Shown in pieces: positions 1 through 11,759 of a DNA stretch of 64,000 nucleotides (its first letter is position 1; every line of letters begins with the position of its first letter). Position numbers and translations under genes: made by a program. The stretch spans positions 233,988,001 to 234,052,000 of the forward strand of contig OZ024742.1 of NCBI GenBank assembly GCA_964016885.1, given 5' to 3'. The notes under the pieces are model-generated. The model saw only the letters and a list, made by a program, of their open reading frames with translations. It was not told where the DNA came from and ran no database searches. This stretch comes from Eledone cirrhosa (lineage: Eukaryota).

Positions 1-150
1 GGGGTTTGCTCATGTCTATTACAGGCTCACTGACCAGACCACTAGAAGACAGACACACCCAGCCACAACTGCGACGGAAATTCTGTTCGAGGCTTGGTAT
101 TGTTGTGCCACATTTCTTCCTCCAACTCATTTTGTCCTCAACATCAGCCC
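1..150 (-). pseudogene. RTE-like LINE ORF2 C-terminal remnant
   Basis: Manual translation gives EDKMSWRKKC...SCGWVCLSSSGLVS, like the D..SWR..C/C2H2 tail of RTE ORF2. Confidence 0.4.
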
Positions 151-2897
151 TGTAAGCTAGAGTTCTTATTAGTTGGAGATAAATTAAACAGTGTAATACT
201 AAGACTATTCTATTACTGCCTGCATCTAACATGATTGACATCATAAGTTATGCTACTACACACAGTCTATAATGTGATCTAATTATTACTATTTAGCCCA
301 AAATCAGCCTGATTGAGTAGACTTATACTCAAAAGCATTCCAGTTATGACCATCCTGTTGTTTTGGGGATACACTTCAGAAATGCTTTGTAGTATTTGTT
401 CCAGCTCTCTGCACTCAAATCCTACAAAAACTAAATCTGACTTTTATCAATAAAATAAAATACCAGTTCAAGCAGTGGATTATTGGAATTGTTAGAGTGT
501 CAGATGAGATGCCTTGCAGTATTTGTTCTTTGCGTTTTTTATTCAATTCCCACTAAAGACTACTTAGATAGACTTCATCAGTCACCCAGTTCAATACCAC
601 CACCTGGCCCTTAAATGCCTTTAGCAGAGTCCACTCTGTTGCAAGTATTCAGTCACCAGTTTGAGGATACCTTCCATTCTTCTTAGAAACCCTTCCCTCT
701 CCTATTAAACAGTAAAAAGAAAAACTTTAAAGAAATATGTAGATAATTCAATGCATCCTCTTACACTTTTTTTAAAAACAGTAGTGTACAATTTCTAGGA
801 GGTTCAATGACCATTTAGAAGTATACAGCAGACATGAGTTTGATTCCCACATGCAACTCTGTCCACTTTTTCCAATGCTAAGGGTGTGTATGCCCAACAC
901 GTTAGACTACTTAATAGCCAAACCTATAATGTAGTAGTTTACAATAAACTAACATACTTTAAAAACTAGATATCTTGTTTGGAAGAAAAGAACATTTCCC
1001 TTATAATTTGATTGAAAAAATATATTTTCTCTCATATGTTTTGCTTTCTCATTGTTATAATTAAATTGAGAAAAGTACAAATGTGAAAAGTTTAAGTTTA
1101 GCATACCTTTCCAACAAGGAATAACATATTGGTCCTGTCATCAAAAAATGGTATGAAGACACTAAAAAATATAATAATGAATAAAACTTAAGCAAAATGT
1201 TAATGTGGAGCTGATTCTTTTGATATAATATATAATGGAATCGTTATCAAAAATACCGAAAAGAGAAAAAAGAATTCATTTTCTATTAGAGGGTGCAGTC
1301 TATACATGTAGATTAACTTCACACATTCCAGGAATGATATATATTGCATGTATATAGAAAGACTGCAAATTTATTAAAGATGTTTATACAATTTTTTTCA
1401 CATTAAAAGGAGAAACAATAAAAACACTAATAATCACTAGTGAAATAATTGAAAATATTATGAGTGAAAATATAAAATATATATAATTACAGAAATTTAG
1501 AACTAGAATACAAATTTACAACTTTCTTATTGAATCTAAATAAGTTTTTTTTTTAATACAGACAGATATGCATACATATAATATACACACATCACCACCC
1601 TTTTCCCTGCTAACAATGGTTGGATGGGCTGTAACAGACCAAGTCAGAACTCAAGTGGAGCTACTGACCTCACAGGTGGGTCAGGAACCTGTATCTTACG
1701 TACATTACCACACTCTACAAAGTGCTCAGACAGACTGGAGGCTGGCATCTTCCTTACATATGTTCCCACACTTTACTCAGTGCATTTTATCATGGCAGCA
1801 GTACTAGGGTGGTGGTCATGTCTTTGACACAGCTGAAAGTCATCCAAACCCTTTATTTGGCAAGTTTTCTACAACTTGCTGGCCTTTCTATTACCAACCG
1901 CTTTACAGAGTGTACTGAGTGCATTTATCTTGTAGCTCACCACTACCAAAGAGGTTGTCATGTCTATTTTACACAACTGATGACTCTTTTCAACCCTTTT
2001 TGGCATGCTTTCTACAGTAGGATACACTGCTTATCCCACCCACCTCACAGTGTGTATTTGGTGTATTTTTCATGGTACCAGTACTGGACAGTTTTTGGTC
2101 ATTGACTATCGTACAGGGTGGGAGAGTGGTGTAAGAATGATGATATGATGTCATGGATGTATAACAAGTGTGGTGGGGTAGTGGGAGTTGACAGAATAGT
2201 GAGTATGGAGGAGGGATGACCTCCAGCAGTGTGGGAGGTACTGTGATGATAACAGCTACTAAAAGGTAAAGGATTTTAAAACAAAAATAAAATCAAACAA
2301 GAATCATATTTTCACAAAATAGAACATTTTTAATGTCACATACCCTGGAGATGTATCCATTGAATTACTAAAGATAGGTTTTGATGTATTTTTCAAATCC
2401 CACAAAAAGAGCTGTCTTTGTCTCACCTACAATATTAATAAACAGAATATTAAGTATTCTACACAAAAGAAATATTTGATATACAATAAATGTTGTGAAA
2501 TAAAAAGTTATACTTTTACAATTCAATTTAAAAAAGATAAGAAACCAGTAGGATAACAACCTGATTATAATAAAACAAATTGAATTGTAAATGAAAAGGA
2601 ACTGCTTTTTTTTTTCATCACACTTATTAACAGAGCAGAGAAAAGAGGCAAGAGTTAACACTATAATGACTACATCTTGTTATAAGAGAAGGAAATTTAA
2701 GAATGTTTTTGATATAACAGAAGTTATAATCTTAAATTTTGGTAGAACTGCAACAGACTAGGCACACACTCACAGTGAAGCAATGGTTTCAAAAACATGT
2801 TACATAACATTGGGATATAAACTAGAAAATTCAAATTTGGAATTGCTCTGTTGCATTTCATTCATAGAAACATTTACAAACTAGGAACTTATTATAA

Positions 2898-4051
2898 TCT
2901 CCAAACATATAAAATCTGTCTGTCTGTGTAAATCCTTAAAACTCAAGAAGTACCCGACCGATGTTTTCAAACTTTACACATGCATTGCTTATATTTCTTG
3001 AATTGCAATGGGCTAAAAAATTTAACTTTTTCTGCCCTAGGGCCCGCATTAGGTGAAAAACCGCATTTTTAAAGCATTTTTAGGATTTTTTGAGGCGTAA
3101 CTTTAAAATAATCCAGCCGATTTCCTCGTATTTTGCAGCACATATTAGTTAGTCCCCTCACATTGCTGTGAACAAAAAAAATTTCGATTCCATTAATGGT
3201 TTCTAGGAAATTTACAAATTAGCATTGGGCATTACATGCCATTTTCAATATAAACGCTACTTAAACATCGTAAGTAGCATATAATATTTTGTTAAAAATT
3301 TGGTTTATTTAACAGAGGACACAACACTTACTTTTAAGCAGGACCATTTTCGGGGGATTGAGGAAATGAGGAGGACCTTAAAATTTTTGTTGGCGCCCTG
3401 TTGACGCTTCGTGCTTTCATCACGTGCAAATCTGGGCCCTGTGTACGTTGCCGTGCTATTGACACCATAAAACTCACGTCTGTGCTACTTCTACTAAGAC
3501 CCCTTTTGTTGCACCTATACCGCAGTATGAATACCCTGTGCAAGTACGCCGAACAGCGGTTGTGCTAATTCCGCAGTGACCCCTTTTGTCGCACCTTTGT
3601 TGCTGTGTAAACGCAGTGCAACCAGTACCACCCACCGTTTGTGCTAATTGCACTATAACCCCCTTCTGCTGCAGCTGCGTTGCCTCGCTGATTTCGTCAT
3701 CTCAATATCCCTACTTAAGCGTACATCCCTACTTGGTTTTCACACAATTGACTACGTCGCTCCTTTAGACGTGTGTTCCTCATCCGTGACGTAATTCGTG
3801 AACAGACTTACGACATACATTGCCCCACAACACTTACTTACTCCTTTCGCATACAGGATTTCCGCAATCAGCCCACTGACACTGCTACTACTGGATTCGG
3901 CCTGCTAGTGTTCTACGTTTCCAGTAGATGAACAATCATTCCTTAAGAATAAGGGAATTCAAAAAGTACACAGCTACATTCCTCAATCTTTGCATATGTG
4001 TGTTGCTATTTCACGTTTCCTACCCCGTGCAAAGCCGGGTCCTGTTGCTAG
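2898..4051 (+). mobile_element. Non-autonomous Helitron
   Basis: A|TC 5' end, (CTGT)n near the 5' end, 3' hairpin CCCG-tgcaaagc-CGGG, then CTAG|T. Its 5' region is shared with 13529 and 26858. Confidence 0.75.
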
Positions 4052-4608
4052 TATTTGTTATAAGGCCACCTTATAACATTGTCTTTTCTTAGAAGAAGAT
4101 TGAGCATAAAGTCTTCAGTTTTATTAATTTCCGTGTTGATTTAATAAGTTCAGGTGTTGTGTTGAGATAAAGTGTTGAGCTAAAACCTTAACACAGGAAC
4201 TAAAGTGGGTTTTTACTTGTTTTTGTTTTTATCTATAGACAAAGCCTATAACTGTTATCTTAATCTGCTTAACTAAAAATATGTGCTACTAGCATTTCCT
4301 GTTTGGGTGATAGAAAAAAATAACTAACCACAGAATAATAACTTGTAACTATATTCTAATGTTCAAATTTACAAAGAAGAAAAAAAGAATGTAAAAGAAA
4401 ACTGAATTTAAAGAAATAGCAAATTACTAATTTAAAAAGATTTACTATAAAAAGTACAAATACAATATTATGAATGGAAACCAACTTCTCTAGAATATGT
4501 TTTTATAAGATATATGAAAAGTAAAAATGGAACAGATGTTTAAAAAGAGTAAATTAGTTTAAATGCTACATTGTATCTTTGTACGAAAAAGAAACAAAAG
4601 ATATTTAC

Positions 4609-4695
4609 AGCATCGAAACCTGTAGTGAACAACATTTCTTTATTTCCAAGCCAAGATACTCGGGATTCCTTCGGACCAGCATGTCCTTTCAGTTC
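4609..4695 (-). CDS. CORO7: Coronin-7-like coding exon 7 (ELKGHAGPKESRVSWLGNKEMLFTTGFDA); gene continues beyond position 1
   Basis: Acceptor tcttttag, donor gtaaat, 87 bp (phase 0 to 0). Coronin GH.G.K.SRV.W...TTGF motif. Confidence 0.92.
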
Positions 4696-4987
4696 CTAAA
4701 AGATAACAGGAAAGACGATATGAAAGACTAAATGAAGTAGTGGTATTATATTGTGCATGATAAATTATTTTGTGTATATATCATTACAAGTACAATTAAC
4801 AATAACTTAACACTAACAAATGAGACTCTATGTACCATCTTCAAGCATGGTTGTGTGGTTCAGAAGTTTACTTCAAAACTATATGCCACCTTCGGGAAGT
4901 ATCTTCTACAATAGCCTAGCCTCAGTTTAACCAATACCTTGTGAGCGGAATTTGGTAGAGAGAATGTGCAGAAACCTATAGTATGCA

Positions 4988-5027
<40 letters not shown>

Positions 5028-5029
<2 letters not shown>

Positions 5030-5860
5030 GGAGCCGCAGAAACCCAAATACTGGATTTTACCTACCTTCCAGGGCTCCGGGTAAATTTTCAATACCCGAA
5101 TTACTTGATCGTTTTTTTGGCTATGCGAATGATTGTTTAACCATCGTCTCTCAGTGTGTTTGGCGTTTAACGTTTGTTATAGCTCTGGTTCATCTGAATC
5201 ATTGAGCACTTGCTTCACATCTCGGAGGTTGTTTTTCGTTATTTCGTGGGCCGAAATGCGAATCTCGATAATTTATGTTTGTATTTATCTCCAGACTCTA
5301 ACTATTGACCAGTTAATTTTCTTGATTTTTTAGTTGATTCTATTGACTGATGAATAGCTTATGTTAATTTTAACCCTTCTGTTGAGAACTCTATTCGATT
5401 TGTGATGTTTTTGCATTCTTGCAAAAATATACACAACTGAATTTATTCGCCTGATATAGGGGCTGCCTCCCTTGCCGATCCCCACGTGGAGTCAGCAATA
5501 GTCAGTCCTTGTATTAACATTGAACTAAAACCTGTTGAGAAAGTGGCTTCCTTGTTCAATCATCTTACCAGAAGCCTGACATTATTTATGTAAGCGGACG
5601 GTACTTGATTTAGGAGCCGCAGAAACCCAAATACTGGATTTTACCAACCTTCCAGGGGTCCGGATAAATTTTCAATACCCAAATTACTTGATCGTTTTTT
5701 TGGCTATGCGAATGATTGTTTAACCATCGTCTTAGTGTGTTTGGCCTTTAACGTTTGTTATAGCTCTGGTTCATCTGAATCATTGAGCACTTGCCTCACA
5801 TCTCGGAGGTTGTTTTTCGTTATTTCGTGGGCCGAAATGCGAATCTCGATAATTTATGTT
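5028..5860 (+). mobile_element. Non-coding partial-tandem element (about 250 bp direct repeats 5028-5280 and 5611-5860) inside (TA)n; PLE/retrozyme-like
   Basis: Near-identical direct repeats flanked by (TA)n on both sides. Each repeat has the GCTCTG...CATTGAGC hairpin. Confidence 0.6.
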
Positions 5861-5877
5861 TATATATATATATATAT

Positions 5878-6150
5878 AATTGGTGTGGGATGCTTAAAGC
5901 ATCCGTAAGCGGTATGCCGTTTGAGAACTCGATGCTCTTACAGAGCAGAGTATAATATCACATAAGAAATGGATAATCAGTGGTGTGACAAATAAGATTT
6001 ATTAGACATATTACAATCGTTAAACGACATAATACAATGGTTAAACAACATATTACAATGGTTAAACGACATATTACAATGGTTAAACAATTGGAATATG
6101 TCTAATAAATCTTATTCGTCGCACCACTGATTCTCCATTTCTTATGTGAG

Positions 6151-6153
<3 letters not shown>
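5878..6153 (-). mobile_element. Short PLE-like element: inverted repeat (about 5955-6030 vs 6080-6153) with 19-bp internal tandem repeats and a tail
   Basis: Arms are reverse-complementary, and the tail is homologous to 34400-34465. Flanked by (TA)n. Confidence 0.6.

Positions 6154-6234
<81 letters not shown>
6151..6234. repeat. Compound (TA)n(GA)n microsatellite; similar tracts at 25765-25815, 35305-35341 and 39980-40069
   Basis: Directly visible. Confidence 0.95.
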
Positions 6235-6238
<4 letters not shown>

Positions 6239-6299
6239 AACAAAGTTTCATACACTTAACATGTATGTGTGACCATTGATTTCGGTGTCCAGTTATGGC

Positions 6300-6610
6300 C
6301 ACCACTATATATTGGAGGAGGCACTTTTAAACTGGCACGTGGACAGGCATATGAGATTGGAAGTACTTTTCCAACGACGATTTTTTCTCCAAACAGTGAA
6401 GATCTTCATATTTGTACTCGTTAGTTTACTTGTTATCCCACTACATCTTTTGTGTACCCAAGATTTACATTGTGTACATTGTATGGAGTTTATGCCTACT
6501 CCTTTTCTGTATATTGAGCATGGCCGCTTCCCTGAGGGAATCTGGGTCCTACCTTCTCTCCTACTCACTAGCACTTTAGTTTGGCTAAGTTTATTCTGAG
6601 ACTTTCTGTC
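6300..6610 (-). pseudogene. RTE-clade LINE fragment with Cys-rich region (PCSIYRKGVGINSIQCTQCKSWVHKRCSGI)
   Basis: ORF 6305..6679 is homologous to the 57103..57777 RT ORF family. Confidence 0.75.
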
Positions 6611-7256
6611 TTTGGAATCAACAGCCAGGGCAGATGTGTTTCCTAAGAGAAACTTAACAGCCCCCATATCCATGACCAAAACGAACCAACTAGTTAAAAC
6701 GAACCAACTAGTTATTGATCATGATCAAGCCTGACGAGGGATATGCTCTGCTAGTCTGAATATGGTGCAAGATATGCTGCATAAACAACACTCCCACAAC
6801 CCCAGGGATCAAGGGAAAGTGAAGTGATACTGTGAAAAGAGTGAGCATAAAGATCAAACTAAAAGTAGATAGAAGTAAAGACCATTTCTATAGTATAATA
6901 GAGCCCACAGAAATGATTGTTTCTGAATGTCTATTAGCAAATATTACTCACACATATAAATACTAACAAGAGAAAATCATTGTGATTATCATGACCACAG
7001 CAACATAACCACTAGAGCCACAGCTTAACATCTATTTTCCACGCTTGCATGGGTTTCACAGATTGTCGTGTTGTTCTGAGAACATTTTATGATGACACCA
7101 GCACTACCATTTTACAGAATGTACTGGGAGCATTTTATCGTGGCTCCAGTACTATCACTTTACTGAGTCTACTGGGTGTATTTTATTGTGACTCCAGCCT
7201 TATAGGGTCTTTAAAATGAGATATTCTTTGTCTATCAAACACTTCTTTTTACTCAC

Positions 7257-7381
7257 CTGACATACAGTTTGAGCACGTGGATCAAATGTACGAATAAGTT
7301 TATCTTTGCATGTTGTGGCTAACATTGATCCATCTCCTTTCCAAGCAATACCTTGCACTATATCACTGTGTTCATCTAGAG
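7257..7381 (-). CDS. CORO7: Coronin-7-like coding exon 6 (SLDEHSDIVQGIAWKGDGSMLATTCKDKLIRTFDPRAQTVCQ)
   Basis: Acceptor tttctctag, donor gtgagt, 125 bp (phase 1 to 0). Classic coronin W..DGS.LATTCKDK.IR.FDPR motif. Confidence 0.95.
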
Positions 7382-8187
7382 CTAGAGAAAGAAAGGAAAC
7401 ATACCAGAAAAAATTCAATAAAGAATATATAATGCACATTACATTTAATATAAAATTGAGTTTCCATATATATATATATATATATACAATCAAAGTACTC
7501 CCACTCTATCAGACATCACCACCTTCATTCCCCTCCATCACCCTGTCAACCCCAACACACTAGTCATACACCCATGACATACTTCTTCCCCCTCTTCTAC
7601 TTACCATATTCATAGAACATTTTACTTGACATCCCTTTTCCCACCTACTGTTACCTATGACATACTCATCAACCTTCTTAAACCCCACATCTTATCTCCA
7701 ACCCATAGGGTAGAGAGGACCAGTCAATGAACGACAACCTCATTTGTGCTAGTGCCACAAAAATGCATCCATGATACCCTGTAAAGTGACTGATGATAGG
7801 AAGAGCATCAGGCTGTAGAAACCATGCCAAAAAAAGGATTGAGAGAACTCTTCAGTTGTATCAAGGGCACACCAACCTCTCTAGTGTTGGTACTATGATA
7901 AAATACATTCTGCAGAACGCAGGATTGTATGTTGGGTCCATAGTCCATCAGAGCAATTGATAGAGTACAGGAATGTATGCAAGTTAGATGCTTGCTCCCA
8001 GCCCACCTGAAGGTGATGATGGTATACATATATATGTATATATATGTAGATAGCCGGTATCTGGAAGATATGGGGTTCAATTCCTCATAGCAGCCGATGG
8101 CAACCTCTTTTTCCATCTCTTAAGGGTCTTCACCCTATTTTATAAGCTATCTTTATAGCATTTCTGCACTTGAGCACCTTCTTTATA

Positions 8188-8231
<44 letters not shown>

Positions 8232-8439
8232 TCCTTAGTGCTTCAAAAGCCAAAAATTCAACTTCGTACATTGTTTATATATATATATATATATATAAGA
8301 ATTAAAATACTAGAGTGCGTTGGAGTAAAACACACTCGTCGTATTATAGAAATGACAGTATAGGATATAGCTCAATGTAATACAACAGAGCCAAAAAATT
8401 ATAAAAATAGACAAAGAAGCCTTCAATACATCAAAAGTC

Positions 8440-8495
8440 TTTATTAGCCTACAATGTTTCGTCCCATTAATAAGGACTCATCAGGGCAATTAAAC
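8440..8495 (-). ncRNA. Type I minimal hammerhead ribozyme (inverted copy, sense to the CORO7 pre-mRNA)
   Basis: Reverse complement of 8751-8807. Confidence 0.75.
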
Positions 8496-8750
8496 AGATA
8501 AGAAGCATAAACGGCCAGAACAAACCAAAACTCAGAAGAATAGGAAATTCATATCCATGAAAGCTTATGAGAGATATGAAGGAAAAGCATGCTAAAGCTA
8601 AAAGTTTGCAGTTATAAAAATAGATTATATGGCAAGAAATTGAGTAAAATGTCAAACCAACGTTGAAATTACAGTATAATACAAATACATTAAATACAAC
8701 ATGGTAATATAGTAGTTTTGGCTTGTTCTGGCCGTTTATGCTTCTTATCT

Positions 8751-8807
8751 GTTTAATTGCCCTGATGAGTCCTTATTAATGGGACGAAACATTGTAGGCT
8801 AATAAAG
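8751..8807 (+). ncRNA. Type I minimal hammerhead ribozyme
   Basis: gcc-CTGATGA-GTCCT(tattaat)GGGAC-GAAA-C(att)G-TA-ggc: intact core, 5-bp stem II, minimal stem III, GUA cleavage triplet. Confidence 0.75.
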
Positions 8808-8899
8808 ACTTTTGATGTATTGAAGGCTTCTTTGTCTATTTTTATAATATATATATATATATACATACACACAAGCATATATACATATATATATATTCA

Positions 8900-9110
8900 T
8901 AAATATATGCACGATGGCGGACTTGATTTCTTAGTCCTGCTAGGGACCTGCACACTTTTGCACAGATGCTGCAACAATGGAGTCCTCTGGCAGTAGGTGT
9001 TACGGTCCTGTTTTGGTGCACTTTCAAATGACGTTTCCGTCCACCATCTGTGACACACTCTTTTCCACACTCCCCACAAACAGAAATGCCATACAATGCA
9101 CAGTTGACAG
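8900..9110 (-). pseudogene. Tandem C2H2 zinc-finger remnant, probably an RTE LINE C-terminus
   Basis: CGECGKECVTDGGRKRHLKVH and CSICAKVCRSLAGLRNQVRH. The same kind of fingers are attached to RT remnants at 42820-43980. Confidence 0.55.
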
Positions 9111-9149
9111 TGTTCCCTTGTAGCTTCTCTCATGACTTTCAAGGCCCAC

Positions 9150-9760
9150 CCTACTAGACATAACCAGCCACATTCTTTACAGGTTAAATCAACCTACATG
9201 CCAAGATACTTAGTCAAACCAGACTCAAGGCCTTTATGAGCACACTCCTTGAGCAGTTCGTGCTCAAAATGGCTTCTTTCAAATTCTCCCTTCCCATCAT
9301 GCATTGCCTTGCTCCAGAAAAGTCTATCTAGAGCGAGGTTCCCCCAGTCATTCTCTGATATTTTCATCTTCCTCAGTGTCCTTTTAATGCAATTCCCTGT
9401 ACCTCAATTTCGGTTTGTGCACCGACCGTTTACCACCTGCTCTCCAGTTCATTACATTTTGCCTAGCTTGGCGAAAGCACCATAAGTGAATGCTTCCTTA
9501 AGGCGCTGCTCTATCTTCTCGGTGTTCAATTAGTCTGTCTGGTCCATTTCGAGCTACAATGCTAAAGTATCGCCATCAAGATACAGTGCCATGAGACCAG
9601 CCACAGTTTTGACGCCCAGCAGTATAGTAACCAATTTTATCTTTCTAATCCAGGTGATAACATCCCCCTCGCCACTGAAGGTTTTGATTGTATTGCTATC
9701 TATCCTTATTTTCTTTGCCATATCATCTGCGAGGTTTGAGAAAGTAAATAACAAAAAAAA
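9150..9760 (-). pseudogene. Ty3/Gypsy gag-like remnant
   Basis: IKTFSGEGDVITWIRKIKLV...LYLDGDTLAL*...IEQRLKEAF, interrupted by stops. Confidence 0.5.
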
Positions 9761-10111
9761 ATAAAAACCGGTGCCGAAAATAGCTTGTCATAGGAAGCAA
9801 AGGGACCTACTTTTTACGCCTGGCCAAAGAATATAGTAAGTCTCACACACTCAATCATAGCAACCATGAAACACACATCACACATCTTTCAGACAAAGAG
9901 CACCCAAAAAGCTACACAAACTTCTGATGTGATGTTACTGGCCCCTCGCTTCCGGCAAGACCACTCTTGCACTTCCAGTACCCTGGCCCCACAATTGAAA
10001 GTTTATAGTCATTGGCTAATTATTGTTAAGTGAGATGTTTTAATGTCACTTTAGTTTTCCCCATTGAACCAAAATTTGATTGCAAATGATTAAAATGGAT
10101 AGGCTACTTAC

Positions 10112-10304
10112 ACAAACTTCTCTTGTAGCTTGAAATATCATAAATACGGACAGACTCAGAGGATGATACAGCTAAAATACCTTCAGCAGCTGGATTCCAA
10201 AGGACATTTTCAATCTTTCGCTCTTCTGTACAAATAATTTGGGAATTCAAATTTAAAGAATTCTTCAAATTTTTCGAACAAGAAGGCAACTGCCACAGCT
10301 TTAC
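10112..10304 (-). CDS. CORO7: Coronin-7-like coding exon 5 (VKLWQLP...ERKIENVLWNPAAEGILAVSSSESVRIYDISSYKRSL)
   Basis: Acceptor ttttattag, donor gtaagt, 193 bp (phase 0 to 1). Overlaps ORF 10104..10289. WD40 repeat. Confidence 0.9.
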
Positions 10305-11036
10305 CTAATAAAATTTAAGACAAGAAATAAATCCATTTAGAAATTTTTGCACATAATAACATACTGAAATGGGGAAAACCCCAAATTTCATATGAATATA
10401 AAATTCCAAGAGTTGAACATTCTAAACAGAAAGTATTAGTCTGTGAAATGAGTATCATATTCTTTCACTGGTTTCAATCATTGTACTGTAGCCATGCTGG
10501 GTCATCACATACAAGTGCTTTACATGATCATATCAACACACAGTATTTATCTCTATTTAAGACTAGTTCTTATTTTATCTATCTCTATTGACTGGCTAAG
10601 TTATTTTTTATGTAAAGGGACACATCATTTGATACCAGTAAACTCACACACAAGCAGCTCTAACTGAACTGACCTATGAACAAAGGTATTCCAGTTTTTA
10701 CTAACTCATAATAATAATAATAATGAAATTATTGTGTACAGTGCTCAGGTGCACTACAACTCATCAAAGGTGCATGTATAGTATTTTCATCATTTTATAT
10801 ATCCATAAACTACAATATCAAATATGTCCATCCTGTATGGTGTGATTTGAGGGAATTTTGGGCAGTTATGCATGTATGTATACTGTCTATCTTAGAAAGC
10901 GGATGGACAGAGAAGTTTGAAGTTTATTAATATATTTCCTAAATTTCAATTTGTTTTTGACCATTCAGTTATATCTATATATATACATGAATATTTATCA
11001 ACAGAAAGCTAGACTGAAAAATTTACTTTAAAATTT

Positions 11037-11136
11037 TAATTCTGTGAAATCACTATACATATTTCAATGGCCCAGCTCCATCATCCAAATATGATGCAAG
11101 ACAGGACGATCTCATCAGGCAACTTCCACAGAATTA
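11037..11136 (-). ncRNA. Type I hammerhead ribozyme with long stem I and extended stem II
   Basis: taattctgtggaagttgc-CTGATGA-GAT...CATCAT(atttgg)ATGATG...ATT-GAAA-TA(tg)TA-TA-gtgatttcacagaatta. Stem I is about 17 bp with GU pairs and the triplet is AUA. Confidence 0.6.
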
Positions 11137-11231
11137 CATAACAGGGTTACATTGAGCTCAAACATATACTTTCTATTTTCTCTATATCGTATCTTCCATT
11201 AAATGTTTGGGTTCAACGTAATCCTGTTACA

Positions 11232-11329
11232 TAATTCTGCAGATGACATCTGATGAGATCGTCGTCTTGCATCATAATCAGATGATGGAGCTGGGCCGTC
11301 GAAATATGTATAGTGATTTCGCGGAATTA
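11232..11329 (+). ncRNA. Hammerhead ribozyme, diverged inverted copy
   Basis: CTGATGA at 11250 and GAAA at 11301. Distal stem I taattctgc/gcggaatta is kept but proximal stem I is degraded. Confidence 0.45.
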
Positions 11330-11386
11330 AAATTCTAAATCAAATTTTCCAGTCCGGCCTTCTGTTGTTGTTTAAATGTGTGTGTG

Positions 11387-11426
<40 letters not shown>

Positions 11427-11448
11427 TGTAATAAACGACATAAGGCAA

Positions 11449-11514
11449 TTATTCCATTTACCAGTGGTTTCTTAAAAGCAAAAGATTTTGCTTTCAATCC
11501 TCAGAATGAAAAAA
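11449..11514 (-). ncRNA. Type I hammerhead ribozyme (inverted copy, sense to the CORO7 pre-mRNA)
   Basis: Reverse complement of 11574-11639. Confidence 0.85.
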
Positions 11515-11573
11515 TCCTGGTCTGTTTATTACATTTGGATTTTAAAATCCAAATTCAATAAACAGACCAGGAT

Positions 11574-11639
11574 TTTTTTCATTCTGAGGATTGAAAGCAA
11601 AATCTTTTGCTTTTAAGAAACCACTGGTAAATGGAATAA
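11574..11639 (+). ncRNA. Type I hammerhead ribozyme
   Basis: ttttcatt-CTGAGGA-TTGAAAGCAAAA(tc)TTTTGCTTTTAA-GAAA-CC(act)GG-TA-aatggaa. All three stems and the core are intact, with predicted cleavage after 11629. Confidence 0.85.
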
Positions 11640-11759
11640 TTGCCTTATGTTGTTTATTACATAACTATTAAGCTCTGTTACCTACATAGAGCACTCTTTT
11701 TTCCTGGACTTTTCCGACGGAATCACTTTATTTATTTATTTATATATATATATATATAT

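Larger units (their letters stand above)
8296..8848. mobile_element. PLE-like palindromic insertion: 135-bp arms 8398-8532 and 8714-8848, tail on the left, in (TA)n
   Basis: Arms are reverse-complementary with about 1 mismatch and each holds a hammerhead core. Confidence 0.75.
10999..11367. mobile_element. Diverged PLE-like palindrome (arms about 10999-11165 and 11203-11367) with hammerheads
   Basis: Imperfect reverse-complementary arms between (TA)n/(TG)n tracts. A truncated relative lies at about 52078-52175. Confidence 0.7.
11420..11730. mobile_element. PLE-like near-perfect loopless palindrome (11420-11668) plus 3' tail
   Basis: Symmetry centre ggatttt|aaaatcc, flanked by (TA)n. A same-family fragment lies at 55790-55886. 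Confidence 0.75.

Noticed and set aside
6003-6090. CRISPR-like array
   Set aside because: Head-to-tail repeats without unique spacers, in eukaryotic DNA with no cas genes.
8842-9096. C2H2 zinc-finger ORF as a host transcription factor exon (also 42821-43018)
   Set aside because: No TGEKP linkers or clear splice sites, degenerate ligands, and the same finger type is attached to RTE RT remnants.
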